From an uncultured Ruminococcus sp. (lineage in GTDB: Bacteria; Bacillota; Clostridia; Oscillospirales; CAG-272): DNA of 51,548 nucleotides. Both the position numbers and the translations under genes were made by a program. Shown here in pieces: positions 1 to 11,638 of this stretch. Numbering within the stretch: position 1 is the stretch's first letter; each line of letters begins with the position of its first letter. The stretch is from the NCBI GenBank assembly GCA_964463735.1, contig CAYXDB010000001.1:1-51548 (forward strand). Reading direction: 5' to 3'. The notes under the pieces are model-generated. The model was not told where the DNA came from. It saw only the letters and a program-made list of their open reading frames with translations, and did no database searches.

Positions 1-41
1 GTTATTTGCGTTTGAGCAAATAAGAATAAGGAGTATCTAAC

Positions 42-752
42 GTGAATAAATTTTCTAAACGTGCGGCATGGAAGGCCGCCCCGGAGGATCTGCACACTGC
101 CCCACTGGATGAGACGATCGATGGGACCGATACGACCGATGATGATTTTGACGGGAATGGTGAAATGGCGAAGAAGAATTACATCTTCACTATTTTTGAC
201 TTCGTGGAGATGCTCATTATCGCCGCTTGCGCGCTCATTTTCTTATTTACATTTGTGGCGCGTATTTCTACCGTAGAAGGGACTTCTATGTTCCCCACGC
301 TGGAGGACGGAGACCGCCTGGTCGTGTCTGACCTGTTTTACACGCCGCAGGCACGCGATATCGTCGTGTTCCAGGATCTCAGCAGTGGCAAGACCGAGGC
401 TATCATCAAGCGCATTATTGCCACGGGCGGGCAGACCGTGTATCTGGATTACACTGGCAACGAGAAATTGACTATCACGGTATGTGACCCGGGGCAATCC
501 AAGGAAAACGGTACGGTACTGGAAGAAGATTATCGCTATTTTGATCTGCGTTACAGCAATCCGTACAGCAACAGCGTGTACCAGGTCCCGGAGGGGTACG
601 TATTTGTGATGGGAGACAATACGAACAATTCCAACGACAGCCGCGGCAGTTTTGGCTGTGTACGGGAGGAAAAGATCCTGGGGCGCGTGGTATTCCGCCT
701 GAGCGGAGACGATCTGGGTGATCTTTTGCAAAAGATCGGCCCGGTGGCGTGA
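42..752 (+). CDS. lepB: signal peptidase I (S26)
   Basis: 236-aa ORF with a GTG start about 8 nt after AGGAG. It has an N-terminal TM helix, the Ser box GTSMFPTL, the Lys box KRIIATGG and the GDNTNNSNDSR box. Confidence 0.9.
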   Translation: MNKFSKRAAWKAAPEDLHTAPLDETIDGTDTTDDDFDGNGEMAKKNYIFTIFDFVEMLIIAACALIFLFTFVARISTVEGTSMFPTLEDGDRLVVSDLFYTPQARDIVVFQDLSSGKTEAIIKRIIATGGQTVYLDYTGNEKLTITVCDPGQSKENGTVLEEDYRYFDLRYSNPYSNSVYQVPEGYVFVMGDNTNNSNDSRGSFGCVREEKILGRVVFRLSGDDLGDLLQKIGPVA

Positions 753-764
753 GGTGGGTGCAAC

Positions 765-1637
765 ATGCCGTCTGAAGTAATACAATGGTTCCCTGGCCAT
801 ATGGCCAAAACCAGGCGCCTGATACAGGAGAATCTGAGCCGTGTAGACATCCTGCTGGAAGTGCTGGATGCCCGTATTCCCTACGCTTCCCGCAATCCGG
901 AGATACACCGCATCGCCGGTGAAAAGCCTATGCTGACACTGCTCAACAAGGCTTCCCTTTCCGACCCGGAGCAAAACACCCTCTGGCTCCAAACCATGCG
1001 CCAGCGCAACGAGGCGGCGATACTGACCGACTGCACGACGGGAGACGGTATCCGGACGTTGCCGGATGCTATCCGCGCCGTTCTTGCCGACAAGATCGAA
1101 CGCTATAAAGACAAAGGCATGGAGGGGCGCCACCTGCGTGCCATGATCGTGGGGATACCCAATGTGGGAAAATCCTCCCTGATCAATCGGCTGAGTGGGA
1201 ACGTCAAGGCAAAAGTGGAAAATCGCCCGGGCGTAACGATGACAAAGCAATGGATCCGCACGGAGATCGGTCTTGATCTGATGGATATGCCCGGTGTCCT
1301 ATGGCCAAAATTTGATGACCACACCATTGGAGAGGACCTGGCTTTTACCGGCGCGATCAAAGATCAGATCCTGGACACAGAGGAACTGGCCATGCGGCTA
1401 TGCGCCCGGCTGGTACAGCTCTGCCCTGACAAATTATGTGCACGTTACAAGCTGTCCCCTGCTATGCTGATCGACCGGGACGGCTATGACATATTGACGC
1501 TGATCGCACAGCAACGCGGCATGCGCGTATCCGGCGGAGAGGTAGATCTGGAACGTGCCGCCCACATGCTACTGGACGAATTCCGGCGCGGAACGATCGG
1601 CCGCATCACGCTGGAACCGACCACGTGGCAACGGTGA
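765..1637 (+). CDS. rbgA: ribosome biogenesis GTPase A (YlqF/RbgA, circularly permuted GTPase)
   Basis: N-terminal QWFPGHMAKTRR, with NKASL (G4) preceding the P-loop GIPNVGKSSLIN. This is the conserved lepB-rbgA-rnhB order of Firmicutes. Confidence 0.9.
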   Translation: MPSEVIQWFPGHMAKTRRLIQENLSRVDILLEVLDARIPYASRNPEIHRIAGEKPMLTLLNKASLSDPEQNTLWLQTMRQRNEAAILTDCTTGDGIRTLPDAIRAVLADKIERYKDKGMEGRHLRAMIVGIPNVGKSSLINRLSGNVKAKVENRPGVTMTKQWIRTEIGLDLMDMPGVLWPKFDDHTIGEDLAFTGAIKDQILDTEELAMRLCARLVQLCPDKLCARYKLSPAMLIDRDGYDILTLIAQQRGMRVSGGEVDLERAAHMLLDEFRRGTIGRITLEPTTWQR

Positions 1638-1643
1638 AACATC

Positions 1644-2261
1644 ATGCCAACACACGAATTAGAAAGAAAATATGCGGCAGATGGCAAAGTGCTCGTCTGC
1701 GGCGTGGATGAAGCGGGGCGAGGGCCTCTTTCTGGGTCGGTGTATGCCGCCGCTGTTATTTTGCCCGATGGTCTGGAGATCCCCGGGCTGAATGACTCAA
1801 AAAAACTGACGCCACGAAAGCGCGAGGCGCTTTATGATATCATTTGCCGTGAGGCTATTGCGTATTCGATCGCTTTTGCAACACCGCAGGAGATCGATGC
1901 CATGAATATCTTGAATGCGGATATGCTGGCCATGCGCCGTGCCATAGAAGGGCTTTCTCCTTCCCCGGCAGTTGCCCTGATCGATGGCAATATCGCGCGC
2001 GATCTTCCGATCCCTGCATATCCTATCATCAAGGGGGATGCGCTCTCCTGCTCGATCGCTGCGGCAAGCATCCTGGCCAAGGTGACCCGCGACCGCATGT
2101 GTCTGGAGGATAACCGCCTGTACCCACAATACGGCTTTGCCAAGCACAAGGGGTATGGCACACGTGCCCATATGGAAGCGTTGCGCCAATATGGCCCCTG
2201 CCCCTTGCACCGCCGCAGTTTTCTGCGTTCTATATTACAGCAAGAGGAACCACAGGCATGA
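1644..2261 (+). CDS. rnhB: ribonuclease HII
   Basis: [10 protein letters not shown] catalytic motif, DSKKLT, about 205 aa, synteny after rbgA. Confidence 0.9.
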   Translation: MPTHELERKYAADGKVLVCGVDEAGRGPLSGSVYAAAVILPDGLEIPGLNDSKKLTPRKREALYDIICREAIAYSIAFATPQEIDAMNILNADMLAMRRAIEGLSPSPAVALIDGNIARDLPIPAYPIIKGDALSCSIAAASILAKVTRDRMCLEDNRLYPQYGFAKHKGYGTRAHMEALRQYGPCPLHRRSFLRSILQQEEPQA

Positions 2262-2653
2262 AGACCGAAAAGCGTTCTCTTGGCGACCGCGGCGAGGAGG
2301 CCGCCGCCGCATATCTCAAAAAAGCCCATTATCGCATTCTGGCAAGAAATCTACAGATCGGGCATCATGAGATCGATCTGATCGCCGAGGACCGTGAGCA
2401 TCTGATCTTTGTAGAAGTCAAGACACGCACATATTCTGAAGCAAACATACAACGCTATGGTGCGCCTTGCGCGGCAGTCAACGCCCGAAAGCGCGCCTAT
2501 CTGATAGCCGCCGTGCGGTCATATCTGAAGACGCATCCGGCAAAAAAGCACGTCCGTTTTGACGTGATCGAAGTACTCTTTTCCCCCGCCGACGGTACAG
2601 AAGCAGGGAAACTGCTGTCTGTACATCATATGCCGGACGCCTTCCGCGCATAA
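2258..2653 (+). CDS. YraN-family endonuclease (UPF0102)
   Basis: 131 aa with GEEAAAAYL...HEIDLIAED...IFVEVKTR, the typical UPF0102 pattern. ATGA overlap with rnhB. Confidence 0.8.
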   Translation: MKTEKRSLGDRGEEAAAAYLKKAHYRILARNLQIGHHEIDLIAEDREHLIFVEVKTRTYSEANIQRYGAPCAAVNARKRAYLIAAVRSYLKTHPAKKHVRFDVIEVLFSPADGTEAGKLLSVHHMPDAFRA

Positions 2654-2664
2654 AGGAGCATTAT

Positions 2665-3558
2665 ATGAATTTATATGACCTTCATTGCGATACCCCCTAT
2701 CGCATTTTTCAAGAGAAATTATCCTTTGAAGATGACCGGTTACAGGTCTCGGCCCGCCGCCTTTTTGCCTTTGACCGGGTCATGCAGGTATTTGCCATTT
2801 GGTGTGACCACCATCGCACAGACCAGGAGGCCTATGCCGATTTCTGGGACGTGCGCCGCACTTTCTTAGATGCACTGGACCGGAGCCATTTACCGGAGGA
2901 GTTCTCTTTTTGCCTGGCAGTAGAGGATGCCCGCCTTTTATGCGGCGATATAGAGCGTCTTGACCTGCTACACGGCGCTGGTGTGCGTTTCCTGACGCTC
3001 ATGTGGCACGGCTCTACCTTGGTGGGTGGTGCATGCGACACCGAAGATCCCCTGATGCCGTTTGGGCGCCAGGTCGTGCGGCGATGCTTTGCCCTTGGGA
3101 TCACACCGGACGTTTCCCACGCTTCTCGCCGTGTGATCGAAGAGGTGGCGGAATTATCCGCAGAAGCCGAGCGCCCGTTTGTGGCCACCCATTCTAATTC
3201 CTACGCTGTTGTTCCCCATCGGCGCAATTTGACGGATTATCACTTTGATCTGATCAAAAATTCCGGCGGTATCGTGGGAATCAGCATGGCACCGCGCCAC
3301 CTCTCTTCCTCTGATCGGTGTGGGCTGGCAGATATCATTGCACATATCGATCATTACTTTGCGCTGGGGGGAGAAGATCACATTTGCCTGGGGTGCGATT
3401 TTGATGGCATCGATGCCTGCCCCACCGGAATGGAAAGCGTAGACCGGCTCCCGCACCTGGCGAGCGAAATGGCCAGGCTGGGCTACACCGACGTGCAGAT
3501 CAACAAACTTTTTTATCAAAACGCGCAGAATTATTTTGAAAAGTATGTGCATCTGTAA
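2665..3558 (+). CDS. dipeptidase (peptidase M19 family)
   Basis: N-terminal DLHCDT metal-binding motif, 297 aa, TIM-barrel renal-dipeptidase-like pattern. Confidence 0.7.
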   Translation: MNLYDLHCDTPYRIFQEKLSFEDDRLQVSARRLFAFDRVMQVFAIWCDHHRTDQEAYADFWDVRRTFLDALDRSHLPEEFSFCLAVEDARLLCGDIERLDLLHGAGVRFLTLMWHGSTLVGGACDTEDPLMPFGRQVVRRCFALGITPDVSHASRRVIEEVAELSAEAERPFVATHSNSYAVVPHRRNLTDYHFDLIKNSGGIVGISMAPRHLSSSDRCGLADIIAHIDHYFALGGEDHICLGCDFDGIDACPTGMESVDRLPHLASEMARLGYTDVQINKLFYQNAQNYFEKYVHL

Positions 3559-3568
3559 GGCAAGAAAA

Positions 3569-3597
3569 AGAGCAGGCCGGGCAAACCGGCCTGCTCT
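3569..3597. terminator. bidirectional terminator hairpin between convergent genes
   Basis: Perfect 12-bp stem agagcaggccgg / ccggcctgctct with loop gcaaa. Confidence 0.6.
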
Positions 3598-3606
3598 GTG
3601 CCTGTG

Positions 3607-3792
3607 TTACACCTCTTTCGGCTGAAAGGTCGCACACACCGTTTCACTGCTGGAAAGAGCATAACTTGGCCCGATCGACACATTCCCTGCTGTACAGCCA
3701 TTGTTGCAATCATGATGCACGCAATTTCGTACATCGCAGGTAATGCCCTTGATCTCCTTGCAAGAACACGCTTCTTTTTTCTCGTTTTCCAT
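3607..3792 (-). CDS. DUF1540 domain protein (Cys/His-rich small protein)
   Basis: 61 aa with the duplicated C..C / CDVRNCVHH..C.AG.V.I pattern recalled for DUF1540. Confidence 0.65.
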   Translation of the reverse strand: MENEKKEACSCKEIKGITCDVRNCVHHDCNNGCTAGNVSIGPSYALSSSETVCATFQPKEV

Positions 3793-3872
3793 CCTTCATT
3801 CCTCCTATTGGTTAGACTGTACCCCTATTTTACCCAACCGATATATCATTATTCCATCCAACGGAGAAAAAC

Positions 3873-4610
3873 ATGCTATATACGATCGCCGATCTGCATT
3901 TATCCACCGATGCCGCCACGAATAAGTCCATGGAGGTATTTGGCCCACGGTGGAGCAACTACGTACAGAGACTGCAGACAAACTGGTCTGCGGTAGTCAC
4001 TGCGGAAGACAGCGTGGTCATCCCTGGGGATATTTCCTGGGCACTAACATTGCCCCAGGCCCGTTCCGATCTGCATTTTCTGGATGCCCTACCTGGGCAT
4101 AAATATATCGGCAAGGGAAACCACGACTTCTGGTGGTCGACCGCTGCAAAAATGGAACAATTTTTCAAGGCAGAAAACATCCACACCATCTCTTTATTGA
4201 ACAACAATGCCTGGGACTGTGAAGATTTTATCCTCTGTGGCACGCGTGGCTGGTACCAGGATCCCACCTGTGACAACATGCCGCCCCATACAGACTGTAC
4301 TAAATTGATCGCGCGGGAGGCTATCCGTCTCCGTATCAGTCTAGAGGCTGGGCAAAAACTGCAAGCCGCAGCCCCCCATAAGGAGATGCTCGTATTCCTG
4401 CATTTCCCGCCCCTGTGGAACGACCTGCGCTGCGAAGCGCTGATCTCTCTGTTACAGGAATTTCACATACGCCGTTGCTATTTCGGTCACATTCACGGCA
4501 ATTATACAGCGCCGCGCTCTTTTGTAGATAACGGCATCCTGTACTCGCTGATAGCGGCGGATCATCTGGCCTTCGCCCCGCGCCCGATCTTGCCGGATTA
4601 CGAGATATAA
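3873..4610 (+). CDS. metallophosphoesterase
   Basis: DLHL, GDISW and GNHDFWW motifs of calcineurin-like phosphoesterases. Confidence 0.75.
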   Translation: MLYTIADLHLSTDAATNKSMEVFGPRWSNYVQRLQTNWSAVVTAEDSVVIPGDISWALTLPQARSDLHFLDALPGHKYIGKGNHDFWWSTAAKMEQFFKAENIHTISLLNNNAWDCEDFILCGTRGWYQDPTCDNMPPHTDCTKLIAREAIRLRISLEAGQKLQAAAPHKEMLVFLHFPPLWNDLRCEALISLLQEFHIRRCYFGHIHGNYTAPRSFVDNGILYSLIAADHLAFAPRPILPDYEI

Positions 4611-4614
4611 ACGC

Positions 4615-4660
4615 GCATAGCCCCCGTCGCCTTTTTGGGCAACGGGGGCTATGCTTTTTG
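4615..4660 (+). terminator. rho-independent terminator
   Basis: 13-bp stem gcatagcccccgt / acgggggctatgc followed by tttttg. Confidence 0.6.
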
Positions 4661-4665
4661 TCACG

Positions 4666-5949
4666 TTAGATATGCAATTGCATGCTATCATAACTGGTGG
4701 CTTTCAGATCTGCTTCATAGAAAGCAGACAGCGCCTGTACCAAGAGCGGGTAATCCTGTGCGGCCATGCACTCCGTAGCAGAATGCATAGCAAGCTGCCC
4801 CAGACCGATATCCACAGAGCGTACAGAGACCTGGCTGGAACTGCTTGCCCCCAGGGTGCCGCCGCAGGGCATATCGGCCCGCATGTAAAAATCCTGATAC
4901 GGCACGCCTGCGTTCTGCAAGATGGCTTTGAATACCGCCGCAGAAAACGCATCTGTTGTATAATGCTGATTTGCGTGATGCTTGATGACTACTCCGCCCC
5001 CCAGTTTGACAGGAGCGGCAGTATCTGACTTCTCCGGATGGGCAGGATGGATGGCGTGCGCATTATCGCAGGAGACCATAAAGGTCTGCGGAAGATACGT
5101 TTCCTCCTCTTCTCCCAGTGTTGCACCCACGCGCTGGATCGTGCGCTTGAGAAAATCGGAGGCGGCGCCTTGCTTGGTATGGTTTCCGACTTCTTCGTTA
5201 TCTGCCAAAAAGGCGAACGATACGCCCGATGCGGTATTGGCACGCACAAGCGACTCTAGCGATGCGAAGGCAGAGGTCAGATTATCGATACGCGGAGATA
5301 GCAGGAACTCATCCTTTTCTCCGGCAAGATATGGCTCTGCGGCGTTCACAACATACAGATCCTTTTCCAGGATCTCGCCAGCGTGCGTATGCTCCCATTC
5401 CATAGTATAGGAATCGCTCATAGAGACCAGCGGTTGCAGGTCGACCTGCGGATTTAATGTGAGCGTGCGATTGGCCTCCCGATTGAAGTGAATGGCCAGG
5501 CTGGGAATGACCAGGCGGTGAGAGGAACACACCGTTTCACTGGCTATCTTCCCCGTGCAACGATCATAGGATACGATGCGGCCCGCCAACTGTAAGGGCG
5601 TATCCAACCAACTGTAATACAGCCCTCCCCCATATATTTCTACGTTGAGTTTCGCACATCCTCCTACATAGGAGATCGCATCCCCTTTTACCTTCAGGCA
5701 GGGGGAATCCACATGCGATGCGACAACACGATAAGCACCCCGGGTAGCGCCGATCACAAAAGCGATCAGCGCACTACCGTCACGGATCACATAATACTTT
5801 CCGCCGCGTTGAAGATCCCATGGCGCATCTTCTTCCAGCAGACCAACAAATCCCGCCGCATTCAATTCTTCAGCCGCGCAGGCCACAGCATGATACGCGG
5901 TCTTGGAGCGGTCAAGCTGTTGCATCAGTTTTCTGATCAGATCATTCAT
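4666..5949 (-). CDS. M18 family aminopeptidase
   Basis: 427 aa with HVDSPCLKVK, PRIDNL and DNEEVGN motifs typical of aspartyl/M18 aminopeptidases. Confidence 0.8.
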   Translation of the reverse strand: MNDLIRKLMQQLDRSKTAYHAVACAAEELNAAGFVGLLEEDAPWDLQRGGKYYVIRDGSALIAFVIGATRGAYRVVASHVDSPCLKVKGDAISYVGGCAKLNVEIYGGGLYYSWLDTPLQLAGRIVSYDRCTGKIASETVCSSHRLVIPSLAIHFNREANRTLTLNPQVDLQPLVSMSDSYTMEWEHTHAGEILEKDLYVVNAAEPYLAGEKDEFLLSPRIDNLTSAFASLESLVRANTASGVSFAFLADNEEVGNHTKQGAASDFLKRTIQRVGATLGEEEETYLPQTFMVSCDNAHAIHPAHPEKSDTAAPVKLGGGVVIKHHANQHYTTDAFSAAVFKAILQNAGVPYQDFYMRADMPCGGTLGASSSSQVSVRSVDIGLGQLAMHSATECMAAQDYPLLVQALSAFYEADLKATSYDSMQLHI

Positions 5950-5991
5950 CGTTTCATTCTCTCCTCTTTCCTTCTACGATCCAGATGCCCT

Positions 5992-6020
5992 ATTGTAGCA
6001 TATTTTCTCGCAGACGTCAA
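5992..6020 (-). promoter_or_regulatory. sigma-A type promoter for the aminopeptidase gene
   Basis: Minus strand TTGACG, 17-nt spacer, TACAAT, about 40 nt upstream of the start codon. Confidence 0.5.
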
Positions 6021-6094
6021 GTGCCATCGATATGTCTTTGCACCATCTTAAAACGACCTGTACAAATGAGATGCAGCATTTTTGTGCGCCTGTT

Positions 6095-8776
6095 TCAGCG
6101 CTCTTTTAATTTCAACATGATCGTCACGATCTTCCATGCGCCCAGGGTATCCCGGATCTCGTTCCCCTCTACCTCGGGCATACCGGCGATCTCCTCTTCG
6201 TTCAAATTAACACGTTTTGCCCATGCCACCGGCCGGTCAAATTCCAGGACCGCCACGGATCCTTCCTCCGATGCATTAAATATTCTGGCCACATAGGCGC
6301 CGTCTTCCCTTTCGGCACATTTCAAAATGCTCAGGCGGATATCTTTGCCAGACAACCGGAACCAACTGGCCGGCATGCCGGTCTTATCCTCCTTTTCGAC
6401 CTCTCCATACGCGCTCAAAACAGGCGTGCCAAGTTTATCCTGCACCGTCAGCAGATCTGCATAAGAGACCGTATCGCAAAGGGGCACTAGTGCAAATTTG
6501 TACGTATGCGTGCCCTGCAATTGCCCTCTCGTCTCACCGTTGGTCAGCACCGTCTTTTTGAAGGCTCTCAACAAGGTTACATACAACGTAGCATTGCGAT
6601 CCGCCGTGCTCCCCACCTCGTGCAATCCTTCTGCCGAAACGAAAGCCAGGCCAGTTCCGTCCGGGTTCCTTTTTCCAGCAATGCCATTCATCGCTTTCTC
6701 ATACGGATCATATTCGCGCCAATTCTGCGTGCTGTGATCCATGCCTACCCGCCTCTGGCATGCATAAAATGCCTGCCCCGCAAAATAGGTATCCCCTTCC
6801 GTATAGGTAGGCACCATAAGACGGAGGCGGTGGTCTTTGGCTCTGTTATCAAAGGTCAGCGTGATCTCGACGCATCTGGCGTTCTCTGTCAGGGCGACGT
6901 CAAAGTGTGCCGTGCAGGTCTCGTATGCGCAACTTCTGGTCTGGCTCGTCTGGTTGACTATCATCACCTGTGGAATACGGATATGTTGCGTGATACGGAA
7001 TACGCATTTAGCGCATCCTGACACGACTTTTTCCACATGGCAATCCCCTCGCCCAGAATAGACGATCCTATCCTCCTGCGCGTCTGCGTGATACCACCCG
7101 TCACCGATCTCAGCATTATCGGCCAGCACCAGCTGTTCCTTATAGACCTTTCCTGTTCGTTTGTCGGTCAGTGTGATGGTGCCACCGAGATCGATATCCA
7201 CCCGGATGAAGTCGTTTTCCATATAGTCCGCGCCGGACTCCATATGCTTCAGATACCGGGATGGCTCGTTTTGCGCCACGATCCTGTATTCGCATTTTCC
7301 TCCCGCCGGCATAGACGCAAGGAACGATACGTTATAGACATCCACCGTTTCAGAGATCTGATCTTTTATGCGCCGTAATTGCGCATTTTTGATGGAATCG
7401 ATCTGATATGGCATCTCGTTCCCCTGATGATCCAGGATCTTAAAACTGTTGATAAACTCAAACCCAAACGGCTTTTGAGAATACTTTTTACCATGATCCC
7501 GCCGCATGTGCAGATCGACCGTCACGACCTCCTGCCTTTCATACGGCAGCGTGTTGTATACGGTCAGGATCGCATCTGTTTCCTTTTTGGGTTTATGCAA
7601 ATACGGGTGTGACATCGTTAACAGATATTCATCCTTCAATACATCTACGATCTCTCTCGTCTGATCAAACCGGTATTCCATGTCTTTATGGACCTGATCG
7701 ATCGAACAGCCGCAGATGGAGTCATGCGGATGGTTTTGCAACAGATACCGATAGGCAAGATGCAAATAGGTGCGATTCAACGCCCGGTCCTCCATAGAAG
7801 CAAAGACCAACATCGGCTCGATCATCTTTTCCAACCAGTTCTGGCAGGCATCATTGGCTTTTTTCAGTGGATAATAACTGGAGAGCGTATTGGTGATCAG
7901 AACGGGGGAATCATTTTTGTTCGTTTTGTCAAGTTCGCCCGTTACCACGTCCATCTGGTCACGGTATTTTTCCAGTTTTCTGCCCGCTTCCATCAGGTCC
8001 GCATGATGCACGTTTGCCTCAGGCATGATCTCTTCGATCATTTTAACATATTTATCGGTCTCCTCGTGTAAGGGCATGTGGTCCAGCGCATCCATGACGA
8101 CATAGACGGGGAATTTCGTCGTGGTGGTCAAATATGCCATGTAATCCCGGGTCTTTTCCTGGATCACCTCCAGGCTGTTCATTTCCACCCCGCGCTCTTT
8201 TTCCAGTGCAAAAGTGCAATATTCACCATATGCTCCCTTGTTTCCTACGCGGAAATTGAGACATTCGCTACCGTCCGGCGCCCGCCAGATGAAATACGCA
8301 TCAGAGTCGCCATAATACCCGCGGCACTGCAGTGAATACGGAATATCAAACCCGCGGAATATCTGCGGCATTTGCGCAATGTGCCCAAATATATCACAGA
8401 TATACCCAAACTTCCACGTCTCTGCGGCGCCCCACTTTTTAGATAGCGCATGCCCCACCATCAAATTCCGGATGAGGCTCTCCCCTGACAGGTTGAATTC
8501 ATCCGGCATGACGTACCACGGACCGATCTTGATCCTGCCTTCGGCTATGTATTTCTTCAATTTTTCGGCCTTTTCTGGTTCTATTTCGGCATAGTCCTCC
8601 AGCACGATGGTCTGCCCGTCCAGGTGAAATACTTGAAATGCAGGGATCTCCTCCATGCCCTTTAGCAGCCCATCCATCACCTTGACCAGTCTGTACCGGA
8701 ACCCCTGAAAAGTTTGATACCGTTCTCTGTCCCAATGCGTCCCCGAAAAGTAATATATATCTTTGTTCTTTTCCAT
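6095..8776 (-). CDS. glycoside hydrolase family 38 alpha-mannosidase (cytoplasmic, no signal peptide)
   Basis: 893 aa. The N-terminus YYFSGTHWDRER matches the GH38 metal-binding start, and HPHDSICGCS lies further in. Intact reading frame. Confidence 0.85.
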   Translation of the reverse strand: MEKNKDIYYFSGTHWDRERYQTFQGFRYRLVKVMDGLLKGMEEIPAFQVFHLDGQTIVLEDYAEIEPEKAEKLKKYIAEGRIKIGPWYVMPDEFNLSGESLIRNLMVGHALSKKWGAAETWKFGYICDIFGHIAQMPQIFRGFDIPYSLQCRGYYGDSDAYFIWRAPDGSECLNFRVGNKGAYGEYCTFALEKERGVEMNSLEVIQEKTRDYMAYLTTTTKFPVYVVMDALDHMPLHEETDKYVKMIEEIMPEANVHHADLMEAGRKLEKYRDQMDVVTGELDKTNKNDSPVLITNTLSSYYPLKKANDACQNWLEKMIEPMLVFASMEDRALNRTYLHLAYRYLLQNHPHDSICGCSIDQVHKDMEYRFDQTREIVDVLKDEYLLTMSHPYLHKPKKETDAILTVYNTLPYERQEVVTVDLHMRRDHGKKYSQKPFGFEFINSFKILDHQGNEMPYQIDSIKNAQLRRIKDQISETVDVYNVSFLASMPAGGKCEYRIVAQNEPSRYLKHMESGADYMENDFIRVDIDLGGTITLTDKRTGKVYKEQLVLADNAEIGDGWYHADAQEDRIVYSGRGDCHVEKVVSGCAKCVFRITQHIRIPQVMIVNQTSQTRSCAYETCTAHFDVALTENARCVEITLTFDNRAKDHRLRLMVPTYTEGDTYFAGQAFYACQRRVGMDHSTQNWREYDPYEKAMNGIAGKRNPDGTGLAFVSAEGLHEVGSTADRNATLYVTLLRAFKKTVLTNGETRGQLQGTHTYKFALVPLCDTVSYADLLTVQDKLGTPVLSAYGEVEKEDKTGMPASWFRLSGKDIRLSILKCAEREDGAYVARIFNASEEGSVAVLEFDRPVAWAKRVNLNEEEIAGMPEVEGNEIRDTLGAWKIVTIMLKLKER

Positions 8777-8787
8777 ACTCGTCTCCT

Positions 8788-9624
8788 TTACGCCCGCCCA
8801 TCTGACCCGAACAGGCGGATCTTCTGTTTCACTGCTTCACAGATAGCCGCTGTTTTGTCGTTTCTGATCTCCAGATAACTTTTGTTTTCCCGGAGCGCCC
8901 AGACATGGCCGCGACCCCGGCGATACAAAGATCGGTAAAAATATTCACTTTGGCTATCCCACGTTGAATGGAGTTCTTAAAATCGTCATCGCTCAGACCG
9001 GATCCCCCATGCAAAACCAGGGGTACCGACACTGCCGCGCGGATCTGTGCCAGCCGATCCAGATCCAGTTTCGGTGCGCTCTTATAAGCCCCATGCGCTG
9101 TGCCGATCGCCACGGCGCAGGCATCTACGCCCGTTTCCATGATATATTCGTATGCTTCTTGGGGCGAGGTATACGATGCAGTATTATCGTTATCTGCTTC
9201 GGCGCCGTCCCCTACATGCCCGATCTCCCCTTCTACCGAAGCGCCAAAGGCATGGGCGATCTTTACGATCTCACGGGTCTCCTGGATATTGATGCTTCTC
9301 TCTTTGGCTGACGCGTCAAACATGATGCTGGAAAATCCAAGTTGCAGGGCCTCCATGCATTTTTCAAAAGTGAGCCCATGATCATAATGCACCACGACCG
9401 GGGACGGTGGCCCTTTTGGCCGCCGCCAGGATAGAAGGAGCGATCAGTTTCAGCTCGCCATAGGGCAAAAGCACCTCAGCCGTGCCGATGATGATAGGCG
9501 ACCGGAGTTCTTCCGCCGCGGTGATGGCGCCTTCCAGCATGTCTGTATCGGTCGTGTTAAAAAGCCCTACGGCATACCCGTTGTTCTGCGCATCATGCAA
9601 AACATCATTTAGATCTGCTAACAT
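8788..9624 (-). pseudogene. class II fructose/tagatose-bisphosphate aldolase, disrupted by at least two frameshifts
   Basis: The N-terminal 80-aa ORF ends ...KRATVPGRGAL*. The next frame continues (V)VVHYDHG...EGEIGHVG...LVLHGGSG. A third frame supplies the canonical C-terminus YLEIRNDKTAAICEAVKQKIRLFGSDGRA* with its stop at 8788-8790. Confidence 0.8.
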
Positions 9625-9635
9625 ACACGTTTCTC

Positions 9636-11335
<1,700 letters not shown>

Positions 11336-11453
11336 TTTTTTCTTTGCATATAGATCATTTGTCCAAATTTTTGGTCATCCATACCTTCTTCTCCCCCATG
11401 ACATCGTAATGGATCACGTGGATAGATCCCTGCAAGAAACCCTTTTCACTTGT

Positions 11454-11482
11454 ATTATATCAATATTTGATCGTTTTGTAAA
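11454..11482 (-). promoter_or_regulatory. sigma-A type promoter of the mannosidase/isomerase operon
   Basis: Minus strand TTTACA, 17-nt spacer, TATAAT, about 70 nt upstream of ATG 11382. Confidence 0.5.
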
Positions 11483-11522
11483 TCCACGCAGGTTTTATTT
11501 TTGCACAAAATTTTTTCAGTTT

Positions 11523-11539
11523 GTCTACTATCAGTAGAC
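11523..11539. promoter_or_regulatory. perfect palindrome, candidate operator
   Basis: GTCTACT-ATC-AGTAGAC lies about 40 nt upstream of the -35 element of the operon promoter. Confidence 0.3.
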
Positions 11540-11570
11540 TCTTGCGGCGGGATGGTCGGATCGATGTACG

Positions 11571-11607
11571 TAAAACAGAGAGGGACCACTGCGGTATAGT
11601 GGCCCCT
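11571..11607 (-). terminator. rho-independent terminator of the deacetylase genes
   Basis: Minus-strand stem AGGGGCCACU / AGUGGUCCCU (one G-U pair), 7-nt loop, then CUCUGUUUU. Confidence 0.6.
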
Positions 11608-11638
11608 GCGACTGTATGAATTCCTAATATTTTCCCCT

